Positions 27,435-39,244 of a stretch of 64,000 nucleotides of DNA are shown here, in pieces. Below the pieces are notes generated by a model that had not been told where the DNA came from, did no database searches, and worked only from the letters and a program-made list of their open reading frames with translations. The translations under genes were made by a program, and so were the position numbers. Each line of letters begins with the position of its first letter. Within the stretch, counting starts at the first letter, position 1. The stretch is from the IMG/VR virus record IMGVR_UViG_3300027834_000005, positions 186,001-250,000 of that record, one strand, 5' to 3'.

Positions 27435-30246
27435 TTATTCTAAGAGTGACAGTTATGATACGTATGACCGCTAAAGTAGATATGTGCAAAGGCGATGTTA
27501 ATGGTTTTTGTACTGTTAGTAAAGGGTACGTATATAAGGTAACTAGTCGCAGAGCAAGCTCCAAGACCTCGCGTAAGGTTTATAGTATTCTCGCAAGTGG
27601 AAAATTCTTGGGAGAAGTATCTCATGTGCAACTGGCAATGCTGTTTGACGAGAAAGAAATATTCGAAGAGAAGTTAAAAGGGAATTTATAATCGTGCATT
27701 CATATGATAGTGGAAATATAGATAACGCTGAATCTGAAATGGGAAATATTGTCCATAGTGTAGTAATAGACATTCTAGAGACGTATGGTCCTAGAAACCT
27801 TACTGATGAAGAAATAGCTGAATTGGCTAAAAAAGTCAAGAATGATTACTCCGGTGACATCCAAGAATCCATGCATACGATCACACAGATGTGTGAGAAG
27901 ATGGAAACTGATTTTGAAGATGTAGAAACACAAAAAGAAGAATGGGAAGAGCAATGCACTTCTCAAGAAGAAGAAATAACAGCGCTACAGAATGAAAACG
28001 AAGAGTTATTATTGGTGGCTAGCGTACTGAGTAGGGAATAGTGTACAGTAGACACTCATTTCCATTAGCAGGGCACGTAGCGATGAATATGGCTGAAACA
28101 AGATCAAAAACGGCATTTAAAATCTATAAGTTTATTTGTAAGGACGTAGACGGTGAATGGCATTTCTTTAAGGAAATTTTTTGCGTTGAGAAATGCACTA
28201 CCGCCATGAGAGATCATTCTTGGCGTGAACTTGTAGTCGTTAGTCGTGCGTATATGGTAGAGGAAGAAGTGTTCAGAAGAAAATTATTAGGTACTATTGA
28301 CGAGGTATATTATGACGGATATAACAGACCCAGCAGATGCAGAACAAGGCCCAAAAGGCCCATCGGACAGCAGTAGACCTTTCCGTAATCGCAGAAAAGA
28401 AGAATTCTTCAAAAAGTTTGAAGAGATGGTTTTCTATGATATGTTGTGTGGTAACGAATGGTGGCTTGAGGGTGACGAAGATGGCGAAAGTTAGTTTTGA
28501 TGGATACGATGATGGCACTACGCCATTCGGGAGACCATTGATGAGCAGTAAACCCGTCATGCCCAAACCAGCCAAGGTCCCTAATATGTGGATTAAAGAC
28601 CATATGTTAATTGGTAAAGTAAACGGTAAGTGGGTTTTCAATGCTACGGTGTATAAGAAAATCGTAGGTATCATTGAGAGAGACTATCCTATGGAGGCTG
28701 TAGAACCTCTTGAAGTTATTATCGAAGAAGAATATTTCTTAAGAAAGCTACAGGGAACTTTATGACAACTACATTCGCGGATCTTAGAAATAAACAATCA
28801 AAAGAACGATTCCTTGCTGAGAGAAAAAGACTAGATGGAATGTATATTAGAAAATATGTCAAATGGACATATACTGATAACTGTGGCTTAGTTAAGGAGC
28901 AATACGTTTATATACGTTATGATTGTATAGCGTTCTCTGATCCTCCAGTCTTCGGCACTGCTAACAGTGTACTGACTGAAGAAGAATTCTTTATTAAGAA
29001 ATTGGCTGATGAAGTATATGAATACATAGAAGGCGGAGAAAAATAATGCTATTGCAAAAAAAAGATGCACATGTTGGCGCAGTGTTGATATGCGTGAAGG
29101 CTAGGGTTTTAGAGGACACCGACGATGAGGTGTATTATAGTCTAGGCAAAGAATATAATATCCTAGATATTAATACTAATGCAGTCACGGAAGAGCAGAT
29201 GTTACTCGATGATGATACCGGAGAAGGATTCCATTGTTGGGGCGTGAAGGAATTAACTAACCCAAATTACTCTACCTTATTCGTATTGAAGCAAGATATG
29301 TGTGAAAAAACTTTATTTCATTATAGCATTGCTAAAGACGTAAGCATCATGGAAAAATATGTGGACGACTTAAAGTCCAAGAGTAAAAAGTAATGCAAGT
29401 AATAAACAAGACTACGGTCATCATCAAAATAAAAGAATTGACTGAGTTGTTAAAGGTGTGTAAGATACCACAACACAGAGATAGGATTGAAGTTGACCTA
29501 AGATCGTATAGAGCAATAAGAAAGTTGTTCGAGGAATCAGAATGACATACACTATTGAAGTTGAATACCAAACTGGTGATAGCTTTAGTTCTGAGGTATG
29601 TACTGAGACGATTGGTCATGTATGGGAAGACAAAACACTCGCACGTAAAGCGTTACAATGCCTAAAAGAGCATTACGAATTGTTTATTGAGCACGAAGAG
29701 CATAACAGGCCTAGACGGCATATGCGTTCATACTTAGACGTCCGTATAGATGCTAAGTCCAGAGAATGGCATAATGGCGATAAAGACATGTATAGATGCT
29801 GCGACGTGGAGATGGACGATGGTAGTAAAAGAACATTACCGACCTGTATGTGGTGCGGATACTTTGAAAAACTTCATCATGCCAAAATCGTATGTGAGCA
29901 AGATGACGAAGACTATGTGAGTTTCTGATGGGGAATGAATATAATAACCAAACTTTCTTCTTGACCTTAAAACGAAAAACTAGTACTATATACGTAATGT
30001 AAATGAGACCACGAACATGAAAGAATGGACACGGCTAATTGGTGCTAATGGGTATAACTCTAGTAATGAGCCTACTGAAGCAGGCACCTATGAAGTTCGT
30101 TTAGAGTGGTATGCCGACGAAAGTAATTTTCAAAATGTCCTTTGTGTTCTTTCGTACGATGAAGAAGGCGCTGAATGGCGACTTGCGGACGGAATGGGCG
30201 AAATTAGTTATAGTTGGAATATAGCCGCATGGCGAAAGGTGTAGAT

Positions 30247-30588
30247 ATGTCTGATAAAAAAGAGGGTTACGAATTATCTTTTAAGGAACAGATGGAAGGT
30301 CTGATCGAAGGTAATATGCAGAACTTCCCAGACGCTATGGCGTGGGTAAGAAAGCAATTAGATAGAACTGATGTTACAAAAATCTACACTGAGCTTGAAT
30401 TATTCCAGCAAGCTTTGGACGGTACTAGTGAATGGGCCGGTCATCCAGACCCTAATGAATTTGGTAAGGTTGAACTTATCAAATGGTACAGAAATAAGCA
30501 CGGAGTAGGTTTGAAACAGGCAAAGGATAAATGTGATCAATACATGATTATCCATTACCCAGTATACACCTTCTCTTACAGATCGTAA
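30247..30588 (+). CDS. Protein with ribosomal bL12 C-terminal-domain-like motif
   Basis: KVELIKWYRNKHGVGLKQAKDKCD resembles L7/L12 KIxVIKxVRxxTGLGLKEAKDxVE. Confidence 0.55.
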   Translation: MSDKKEGYELSFKEQMEGLIEGNMQNFPDAMAWVRKQLDRTDVTKIYTELELFQQALDGTSEWAGHPDPNEFGKVELIKWYRNKHGVGLKQAKDKCDQYMIIHYPVYTFSYRS

Positions 30589-31830
30589 TTGATATGAAAA
30601 ATTTTATTTTAGTTGCTATTAAATCAAGTTGGTGGGATGGTACAAACTTCACACTCGAAGTTATCGATACCGCAACAGCAATGCCAAGCGAAAATGGTGG
30701 CGAGCACTGGACACGTATTGATAGGGAAGGGGGGTTCATAATCCCTTATAAAACTTCAGATGCTCAATATCCTTTTTGGATAGAAGATTCTGATGAAGGT
30801 AGATCATTAGCCACTGTGTTAATTTTAGAATCGTGGGAAAAAAGAGTGGCAGAAAAAGAAGATGGTCTAGTGAAAGAAAGAGAATCTTTGGATGAGCAGA
30901 TAGAACGTATTGAAGTATTAAGGAATTCTGTTTGTGATGTGATACCTTTACCTGACGAATAAAACTTTTTACGGGCATACCATATGGGATGGCAAGCTGA
31001 GGGGAAACCTAACACGCGTCTGGCTCGATACCAGATATGTCCACTTATTTTTTGACTTAACCTTAACCATACGGAGAAAAAGTATGAAAAAAAGTCGTGA
31101 AGAACGTCGCATTGAAGCGGCAGGTCGTGCCAAGTCTTATACTTGGGCAAACTCTAAGGCTAAACGCCTTGGCACATCAACTGAGAAGGAGTGGAGTGAG
31201 AGAAACTCACAAATCTCTGCGTAACAGTTACAAATGGGGTATCTTAGGGTGCCCCTGAAATTTTCTATAATGTTGGTGACGGCAATGAGCACAGAAACAA
31301 TTTTTAAAACCTACAGAGGTGTAAAATATACGTTAGATAAGTCTGACAGAGGATTTATGCTTTCTACATGGTATTCATTGACCTCAGAGTACATTTTCGA
31401 ACGTACTATCACAGATATTTCTAAGTCTGATGAAAACATTGAACAGCTAATACGTGATGGTTTTGTATTGCCTGTTGGTGAAGAAAGCGAACCCGAATAA
31501 TGGCCAGATATCCAAGAAAAGAAGACATTGTGATAGGTGGAAAATCCGTCAATATAAATCCTAAAGATATTTATTTTGGTAAAGGTGCATCTCAACAATA
31601 TGGTGCTGAATATCTCATTGAAGAGATGAGTAGTGATAAGCCCTTCTCCGGTAACGTAAAAGTTCGCAGAGTTGATGATATTGCCAAGGGATATTGGTTA
31701 AGTAAGACATTTTATTGCCTAACACATCTAATCCTCGAAGAGGAAGAAAGATTCATGATAGAACTCATGGGCGGCGACACTAACAACATTAAGATAGACA
31801 ACATCCCTCTAACCGAAGAAGAGATGAGAA

Positions 31831-32703
31831 ATGAAAACAAATAGCATACGAGTACGTTTAGATCAAGATCACGTCCATGTCACCAGTAAGGTGTTTAGTG
31901 GCGGCGAGATTCATGTCGATATCGATAGTCTTCCGGCTAAATGTCATGATTATACGATCAAAGCGCGTTTACAAAGCAGCGAAGACATTATGCACTTCCT
32001 TACTCTCTGTGATGCTATGTGGCGTCGTTATCCAGAGGCCCATGGAAAGGTAACCATTCCGTATTTGCCATATGCAAGACAAGATCGCATGTGTTCTAAA
32101 GGACAGCATTTCGGTTTACATGTCATGTCCCAATTATTATCTACTATACCACAAAAAACAATCACTACCTATGACCTTCATAGTAAAGTGGCGTCATCTT
32201 TGTTAGCGGAAGACGGTTTTGGTGTAATAGACATCCAGCAATATGATATCTTAATGAAGCATAGCTTAGGCGAAGACCTTGCAGACGGACGATTACGTCT
32301 AGTGTCACCGGATAAGGGCGCTAAGGATAAAACTGCACAGGTAAGTTCATTTTGTAACAGTAAAATGTCTACCATCGTGGGCGGTAAGACCAGAGATCCT
32401 AAGACTGGTAAGATTACCGAGTTCACAGTTGATGAAGATGACCTATGCGGTCAAGATTTACTCATTGTTGACGATATTTGTGATGGTGGCGGCACATTCA
32501 TTGGTCTTGCTGATGAATTGAAGAAACGTGGAGCTGGAGAAATCAGCTTATTCGTAACACACGGAATCTTCTCTAGAGGGTTCGACGGATTCTCTGGGCT
32601 TATTGATCATATCTATACGACTGACTCGTTCCGACGTAGTTCAGATTTACCATTTAATGGCGTAGTGGCGGAGAATGTAACTCTGACCACTATTAAGGTG
32701 TAG
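31831..32703 (+). CDS. prs: Ribose-phosphate pyrophosphokinase-like protein (Adps of NARP1-like pathway)
   Basis: FSGGE, PYLPYARQDR, DLHS, SPDKGA, LIVDDICDGGGTF, VTHGIFS motifs. Confidence 0.9.
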   Translation: MKTNSIRVRLDQDHVHVTSKVFSGGEIHVDIDSLPAKCHDYTIKARLQSSEDIMHFLTLCDAMWRRYPEAHGKVTIPYLPYARQDRMCSKGQHFGLHVMSQLLSTIPQKTITTYDLHSKVASSLLAEDGFGVIDIQQYDILMKHSLGEDLADGRLRLVSPDKGAKDKTAQVSSFCNSKMSTIVGGKTRDPKTGKITEFTVDEDDLCGQDLLIVDDICDGGGTFIGLADELKKRGAGEISLFVTHGIFSRGFDGFSGLIDHIYTTDSFRRSSDLPFNGVVAENVTLTTIKV

Positions 32704-32827
32704 TTATGGCTATGTTACGACGGGTTAAAGTGTTTATGGCGTCATATTGTGGTTGGGGTTGTGCCAGTTACAATCCTTTATGTGATGCTTGTGATGCTAC
32801 TAGAAACGATAATTAAAGGAGACTACC

Positions 32828-34495
32828 ATGACGGTACGATTACTAACAAAACCAGCATTTGAAGAAAAAGAGATTATCCAAGCACCCGCTTTATTGGATT
32901 TTTATAAAGCATTCCATCATCTTGCCTATCAAGACGGTGTGGAAGAGGTTGTTATCAACTTCACGGGTCGCAGCGGTAACCACAGTAACATCAAAGGCGG
33001 ATCTACGTACATGTGGGCCGGTCTTCAATCATTTATCAATGAAATCATTGTAGGTGAATGGAATAAGTTCTTTGCGGCAACTAAAGAACAGGCAGTAGCT
33101 GATTATAAGCGTGTTAATGAAGCCGGTTTAGGCGTAGTATGCGATACTAGCCATCTTGAAGCACTACATGACCTTGGATATATGCCTTTAGAGTTTAGAG
33201 GTCTATTGGAAGGGGTAGAAGTGCCATACGGCGTGGCAGCAATGACTTGCCGCAACACAATTGCCGAGTTTTACTTCCTACCGAACATGATTGAGACTAT
33301 CATGTCTGATGAAATCTGGCCAGTTCAGACTTCATTGACTACTGCGACTGAGTACATGCGTACTTTGAGTGAATTTGCCGCAATCGATGGTACTCCAGAA
33401 GGGTTACTTGGGTTCCTTATCCATGATTTCTCTATGCGCGGCATGATGGGTGGCAGAATGACAGGTGGTGCTGCATTATCTGGCATGGGACACTTGATGT
33501 CTGGCTTTGTAGGAAGCGACACAGTGCCTGCTGCATTGGCTCTGGAGAAGAACTACGGCGCTTACCTAGGCTTAGATCGTCCTTACGAAACAATCGCCTC
33601 AGTGAACGCTACGGAGCACAGTGTGCAGTGTTCTTTCAATAACAATGACTTGGCTTACTACCGTCACTGTATGAAAGTATCGCCTACTGGCATCCTTAGC
33701 TTAGTATCTGACGGTTATGACTTCTGGAAGCTTATTGCTGAAGTATTACCGGCACTTAAAAACGAGATTATGTCTCGTGACGGTAAAATCGTTATCCGTC
33801 CAGATAGCGGTGACCCAGCAGACGTGATTTGTGGTCTTCGTGAGAATATTGACTACCGTCGTACCAAAGATGGTAAGGCATACGCGATGAAATACTGGAA
33901 AGGTAGCGCCTTTATGGGTGCTGAGCAGACCGAATACGGTAAAGTAGTTAAAGAAGCAGCTCCTACTATCCCTGATATGGAAGTGAAAGGTTTAATTCAA
34001 GTATTATGGGAAATGTTTGGTGGTACTGAGTCTGGTGTTGTTGGCGGTAAGGTCTATAAGTTCTTAGACTCTCATATCGGCGCGATTTACGGCGATTCTA
34101 TCACTCTTGAGCGTCAACGTGACATTTATACACGTTTACACGCAAAAGGCTTCGCGGTAGGTAACATTGTATTGGGTGTTGGTTCTTTTACTTACCAATA
34201 TGTTACTCGTGATACTCATGGGTCTGCTGTTAAAGCGACTAATATGATTTTGAAAGGCGTAGATACTCCTATCAGCAAAGAAGTTAAGGGTGATGCGGTT
34301 AAAAAGTCTGCGAAAGGTCGTTTAGTTGTTAAGCGTATCGATAATAAGTACGTTCAATTCGATGAAGCTACTCCTGCGGGTGTTGAGGCTGACGATAATC
34401 AGCACCAACGAGTATGGATGGACGGTGAATGGATCAGAATCCAAACACTTAAGGACGTTCGTACTAATGTTAAGGAAACTTTAGAACCAGCTTGA
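32828..34495 (+). CDS. nadV: Nicotinamide phosphoribosyltransferase-like protein (Nampt/Namat)
   Basis: DFYK..H, HDFSMRG, GSDT, ATEHS, VSDGYD, IRPDSGDP, IYGDSIT, KKSAKG motifs. Confidence 0.92.
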   Translation: MTVRLLTKPAFEEKEIIQAPALLDFYKAFHHLAYQDGVEEVVINFTGRSGNHSNIKGGSTYMWAGLQSFINEIIVGEWNKFFAATKEQAVADYKRVNEAGLGVVCDTSHLEALHDLGYMPLEFRGLLEGVEVPYGVAAMTCRNTIAEFYFLPNMIETIMSDEIWPVQTSLTTATEYMRTLSEFAAIDGTPEGLLGFLIHDFSMRGMMGGRMTGGAALSGMGHLMSGFVGSDTVPAALALEKNYGAYLGLDRPYETIASVNATEHSVQCSFNNNDLAYYRHCMKVSPTGILSLVSDGYDFWKLIAEVLPALKNEIMSRDGKIVIRPDSGDPADVICGLRENIDYRRTKDGKAYAMKYWKGSAFMGAEQTEYGKVVKEAAPTIPDMEVKGLIQVLWEMFGGTESGVVGGKVYKFLDSHIGAIYGDSITLERQRDIYTRLHAKGFAVGNIVLGVGSFTYQYVTRDTHGSAVKATNMILKGVDTPISKEVKGDAVKKSAKGRLVVKRIDNKYVQFDEATPAGVEADDNQHQRVWMDGEWIRIQTLKDVRTNVKETLEPA

Positions 34496-34977
34496 TGTTA
34501 AGTTGAAGATTAGGTATAGTTATCCCACTTAAACAAGCGGGGTAACTATTATGAGAGACAAACCTAATCATTACACAGAAGCTTGGTTTAGAGATTACAA
34601 TATTTCGAATGGCACAGAAAGTAAGTTCTATACGTGCCATTTAGAATACTGTAAATTGAACAAAATACCGCCCTCTCGTTGGGTTAAACAGAACAACCAC
34701 ATTAATAGTGAGTGTATTGACATGTCAGAAGATAAACAAGAAACAACTGGTGAACTCGTAACACGTATGATGGACTTAGCCCAGTCCGACATTAACATTA
34801 GTATTGCCGGTAGTGTGGGCCGCTCGCGTGTTAGCACTAGTGAAGAGGTATTCGCCGCGCATGCAGCTGTCAAGTCGGGTATTGAACGCTCTACAACTGA
34901 ATTCGTTAATGAATGTGAACGTATTAGCTCTACTCTGGTTCCATTTGTAAACTAGAGATAGATAAAAGTTTTTTATT

Positions 34978-35097
34978 GGGGCAAAGTCATGGTTTGACGT
35001 TATTGACTGGATCGGGTGAAGTGGAAGCATTGCGCACACTGCCCCACCTGTACCGTACCAGAGAGCTTAAGGGTTCGATTCCCGTGCCGCCCCGCCA
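34978..35097 (+). ncRNA. ~120 nt tRNA-like RNA (tmRNA-TLD-like ends) followed by a terminator
   Basis: GGGGC..GCCCC-GCCA, T-arm GGGTTCGATTCCC; terminator AAACCAG..CTGGTTTTTTT at ~35107-35129. Confidence 0.55.
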
Positions 35098-35480
35098 AAT
35101 TCACGAAACCAGTTGACGCTGGTTTTTTTATGTCTGTTATTTACGTTGACTTAACGTCGAAATGGGAGTATACTCATGGGAAAGGAGAATATGAATGTTT
35201 GAAATAATGGATCATAGCTGGTCGAAAAGAAGAATCCCTGATCAGGCAGAAACTGTCGAATCTGTTGAGGTTACCGACTTCATAAAAGAAAATGGTCATA
35301 TATGTGAGATGTCTGCGACTGTTGATGGCGTGGAGTTAGTGCTTAGAGCGAGAGTGTACGCCATAGAGACGTATGAATTCACTGAGGACGGCGGGTACGC
35401 CACGGTACATCATGGGTGGGGCGTTCAAGGAACAGACTCTAACGGAAATTCAGTAGTATTGAGATGTAAAGAGGATTAAT

Positions 35481-37420
35481 ATGAAACCTGTAGCACGGAG
35501 AGCGTGGCGTTCTGACTACGACAACAAAACCACGTATGAAGTTTTAGTTGATGGGTCTGAAACGGGTCTATGGGCTTTCCAGACTAATCAACGAATATTG
35601 GATGCCACCACTTCTGACTCACTTCCGTATTCGGAAGGAGATCATTCTGGATTCCCGTGTCTGTATAGAGTAGTCACTGATGAAGTGGGTATGTTCAGAC
35701 TTCACGGTATTGGCTCCGGTAATTTAAGCCCAAGTGCTATGCGTAGCTTAGCTAGGAAAATATTTCCTAATATTACAAAAAGTTCTTGGAGAACGAACAA
35801 AAATACAGTAAGATTAATGGAAGAAGAAGATAAAATGTTATATCAACTAACTTATGGCGGTGCGCATGTTACATAGAACTAAGAATATAATTTTTGTTAA
35901 AGCAAGTGAAGCATGGGATGGCAAACCGTCAGACTATAAAGAGACTGGTCCGTATAAAATGATTCTGGGTGAGAGAGATAATGGCCACTTCTTCGTTGTC
36001 GCCAATATCAGTAAAGAATCACCTATTGAATTGATCTCGGAAGACATCCCTTCGTTCCCTCCTGAACTATGGGACTACCAAGCTGAGTATGGCGTAAGAA
36101 TCTTAAAGTTAAAAACAGAAGAAGATAGATTCCTCTTTAAGTTGGTGCAGTAATGGAAGGCGGTACGTACGCGGAATGCGTTAAAGCAGGCTTCACATCG
36201 GATCAAGCAGGTATTATTGCTAGATTCGGTGGTGAAATTAAAGATGAAGCTGAAGAAAGAATACTGAAAACTATCGCTGAAAGAAAAATAATTCCTGACC
36301 ACTTTGCATTACCAGTATCATACGTTATCAATTGTCTTTTCATGATAGCAGGCGCAACAGTTATGTATTTTTGCATGGTGTAGCCATGAGTGATTATAAT
36401 GTTCTCAGTGTCGTGAGTACTGATGATTTGTCGGCAGTATGTGTCCACTTGGAATCAGACGCTGCAGTATCATTGGCAAAAGTGTACATGATAATCGGGT
36501 TTCAATTTGAATATGTATTCACTACGTACTCAAAAAGACCAAACGTGTTTAATGCAGTGAGTAAGCCCACAGAAGCCAAAATACCTGACATAAAAAAATC
36601 AATTGTGTCTTTGTATCCGAACTTCGGTGATGATGCGTGGAGAGTATTTCCTAAATTCGCAGTTCTTAAAGATCCTAGAGATGTAATGTTGATGAGGCTA
36701 AGTTATTGATATGGGCATGTTAAAATTTAGAATATTTAAAGAAGAGATAGACCATCCTAAGTGCGTATACTCAAGTGACGACGGTAAATTCGTCATAATT
36801 GAGAATCAACTGGAAAAGTCTGGGTACGAGAACTTCTATGTCGGAGGCCTAACGAAGGTAATCCAGAATGCCGATTTCGTAGTGATAAGAAATGCGAAAA
36901 ATAACGCCTTCACCTTTAAGGTGACAAAGAATAGATGTGAGTGGCCATCCAGAGCAGCACGTGTATTACATAAGTACATGGGCGATGACGTGGTCATTCG
37001 AGTTCATGATGTAGATTTTTTATCTGTGGATGACGAACAAGATCAGATGTATCTTAAGTTGGCATTGGGAATATAAACATGGCAAATTACCGTATGCCTA
37101 TAAAAGCTACTTTATTAGCGAGTGTCGGAAAAACAAACGTTATTGGCGTTGAATCCGACCATGTAGTCGATGTCCTAAACATTAAAACTGATTGGTCTAC
37201 GAGGGTACTTTATGGTAGTGAGCTATTATTTGTTAAATACCATAATAGCGACGTCTTTTTCGTAAAAAAAGATAGATATCAATCAGAAGAATTTACCCGT
37301 GGAGAGATGGGAAAATTATTTCCACTTATCCCCGTGTCTGCATGGGAAATACGTGGTGGTATGGTCTCGCTACTTGAAGATGAAGATAAAATGCTATTGA
37401 AATTGGCATATAACATATAA
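35481..37420 (+). repeat. Cluster of loosely related small ORFs ending in E(D/E)EDxMLxxLxY-type motifs
   Basis: 35481 EEEDKMLYQLTYG; 35866 TEEDRFLFKL; 36386 DPRDVMLMRLSY; 36711 DEQDQMYLKLALG; 37079 EDEDKMLLKLAYN. Confidence 0.6.
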
Positions 37421-37715
37421 AAAAATAATAAGGAAGGATAATGGAAGTTGCAATTTATATAATGTTAGGTATGATTGGGTGGGTGTTCTGCGGAATGTTG
37501 GCTTTGCTGTTGGGTATGTGCTATGAGCACGTATATCTAAGCGGTAGATATCCTCTGACCGTAGATGCGGATAGAGATAGGTTCATAAGTAATAACGCGC
37601 CAGCGTTTTTAATACTTGGAATGACGGTGTTGGTAGTTATGTTGTGCGCGTGGGTGGTTACTCCGGTGGTGGATGCCTATGTGTGGATCGTTAAAAAAAT
37701 ATTTAGGGTAGAGTA

Positions 37716-38048
37716 ATGAGTAAAAAAATATTTATCAGTTTGCCCTATACCCATGACGACAAAGAAGTTATGTATTGGCGAGCTAATCACGCAAGAGATA
37801 TGATGGTGCAGATTACTAGAGATGGTAATTCGCCTGTGTGTCCTGTGGTGATCGGCCTAGATATTTTAAGACATGACCCTCAGATAACGATGAGTTATGA
37901 CGAATGGTTAGATTTCTCCTTGACATATATGCAAGGATGTGATGAAATGTGGTTATTGTGCATTGATGGCCATGAAAAATCAGTTGGTGTTAGTGAAGAG
38001 ATAAAACTAGCTATTTCCATGGGTATTAATATTGTAAAAGTAATGTAG
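37716..38048 (+). CDS. DUF1937 / nucleoside 2-deoxyribosyltransferase-like protein
   Basis: KIFISLPYT, CDEMW, SVGVSEEI..A..GI motifs. Confidence 0.65.
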   Translation: MSKKIFISLPYTHDDKEVMYWRANHARDMMVQITRDGNSPVCPVVIGLDILRHDPQITMSYDEWLDFSLTYMQGCDEMWLLCIDGHEKSVGVSEEIKLAISMGINIVKVM

Positions 38049-38057
38049 GAGAGTAAA

Positions 38058-38516
38058 ATGTCAATAGCAACTAAGCAAGTTGTAGTGGTGAGAACCGATG
38101 TGTTCTCTAAAAAAAATGAACAAGGAAAGATGGAATTAGATCCATCTCTCATTGGTAAAATTGGCATTCAAATGACACATGCTTCCAAGGCAGTCATACT
38201 CAATCAATTGAGGGATTCCAAATGGGTCCTCGTTAATAACATCCCCCGCACACTCGAACTTGCTGGTAAACCTGAAGAAGATCCAGTGTACCAATGGTGC
38301 ACGGGACCATTCACAGGCATAGCTCTTAAATGTAAAAGTGAAGTTAAACTCCAAAAACTTTACGACGAAGCTATAGCTGCCGGTCTACCATGTTCATACA
38401 TTGTGGATAGAGGGCTAACAGTATTCAATGGTGTGCCAACTGCTACGTGCATGGCTATTGGCCCAGCGAAATCCGAAGACATCGATAAAATTACTGGTAA
38501 GTTGAGATTGCTATGA
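38058..38516 (+). CDS. pth2: Peptidyl-tRNA hydrolase, Pth2 family
   Basis: KQVVVVRTD, GKI..Q..HA, DRGLT, TCMAIGP..IDKITGKLRLL. Confidence 0.9.
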   Translation: MSIATKQVVVVRTDVFSKKNEQGKMELDPSLIGKIGIQMTHASKAVILNQLRDSKWVLVNNIPRTLELAGKPEEDPVYQWCTGPFTGIALKCKSEVKLQKLYDEAIAAGLPCSYIVDRGLTVFNGVPTATCMAIGPAKSEDIDKITGKLRLL

Positions 38517-38872
38517 TTTCTATTTTTGGCAAAGATCCTTACCGTTATGTTGATAACTTTGAGCTAGCTAGTACTGCGTGCGCTAAATTACTCGCAACGA
38601 CCTCTCGCAACCATGGGTGGGTTATTGATTTCAATAAAAGCGTTACTGACTGCCTTAATGAAGATTGTTCAGTTAATGATTTATTAGTTGAAGGGTATGC
38701 TGTGCCAGTAGATAGCATTATGAATCTTATGCACAAGCACAACATAGGCATCCATCCTTTAGGCAATAACAAATGGAAAGCTGTGCACGAATCTACCCAT
38801 GTCGAATACAAAGATAGAGATCCTGACAGAGCAGTTCTAATTGTTTTTGCAGAGATAACTGGCGGTGTATAA
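38513..38872 (+). CDS. NinX/DUF2591-like hypothetical protein
   Basis: LMHKHNIGI..W.A..PDRAVLIVF pattern. Confidence 0.35.
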   Translation: MISIFGKDPYRYVDNFELASTACAKLLATTSRNHGWVIDFNKSVTDCLNEDCSVNDLLVEGYAVPVDSIMNLMHKHNIGIHPLGNNKWKAVHESTHVEYKDRDPDRAVLIVFAEITGGV

Positions 38873-39244
38873 TGATTAAAATAGGCATGGTATTCAAAAA
38901 TACTACGTATTCACCAATGCTTGATGTGGACGAAAATGCGCACCTCTTTATTTCTGACATCTATCATAGTGATGTTCATGGTGAGAAAGTAATTTGGTTC
39001 ACTAATGAGCACGGAAAGAGACTTGGTTATTTTAGATACGAAGCTCTTGTCATTGCCCTTGATGATGACGGTAACTTGGATAGTTTATCCTCGGATTTCT
39101 ACGCGTTCAAATACATAGGTACATTAACAGATGAAGACATGTTCCAATATCATTTATCTGGTAAAATATGCATTTAGGATATTAGTGGACAACAAGTTAA
39201 ACTTCACATATACTATATCACTTACATAAATCAACGGAGTAAAC

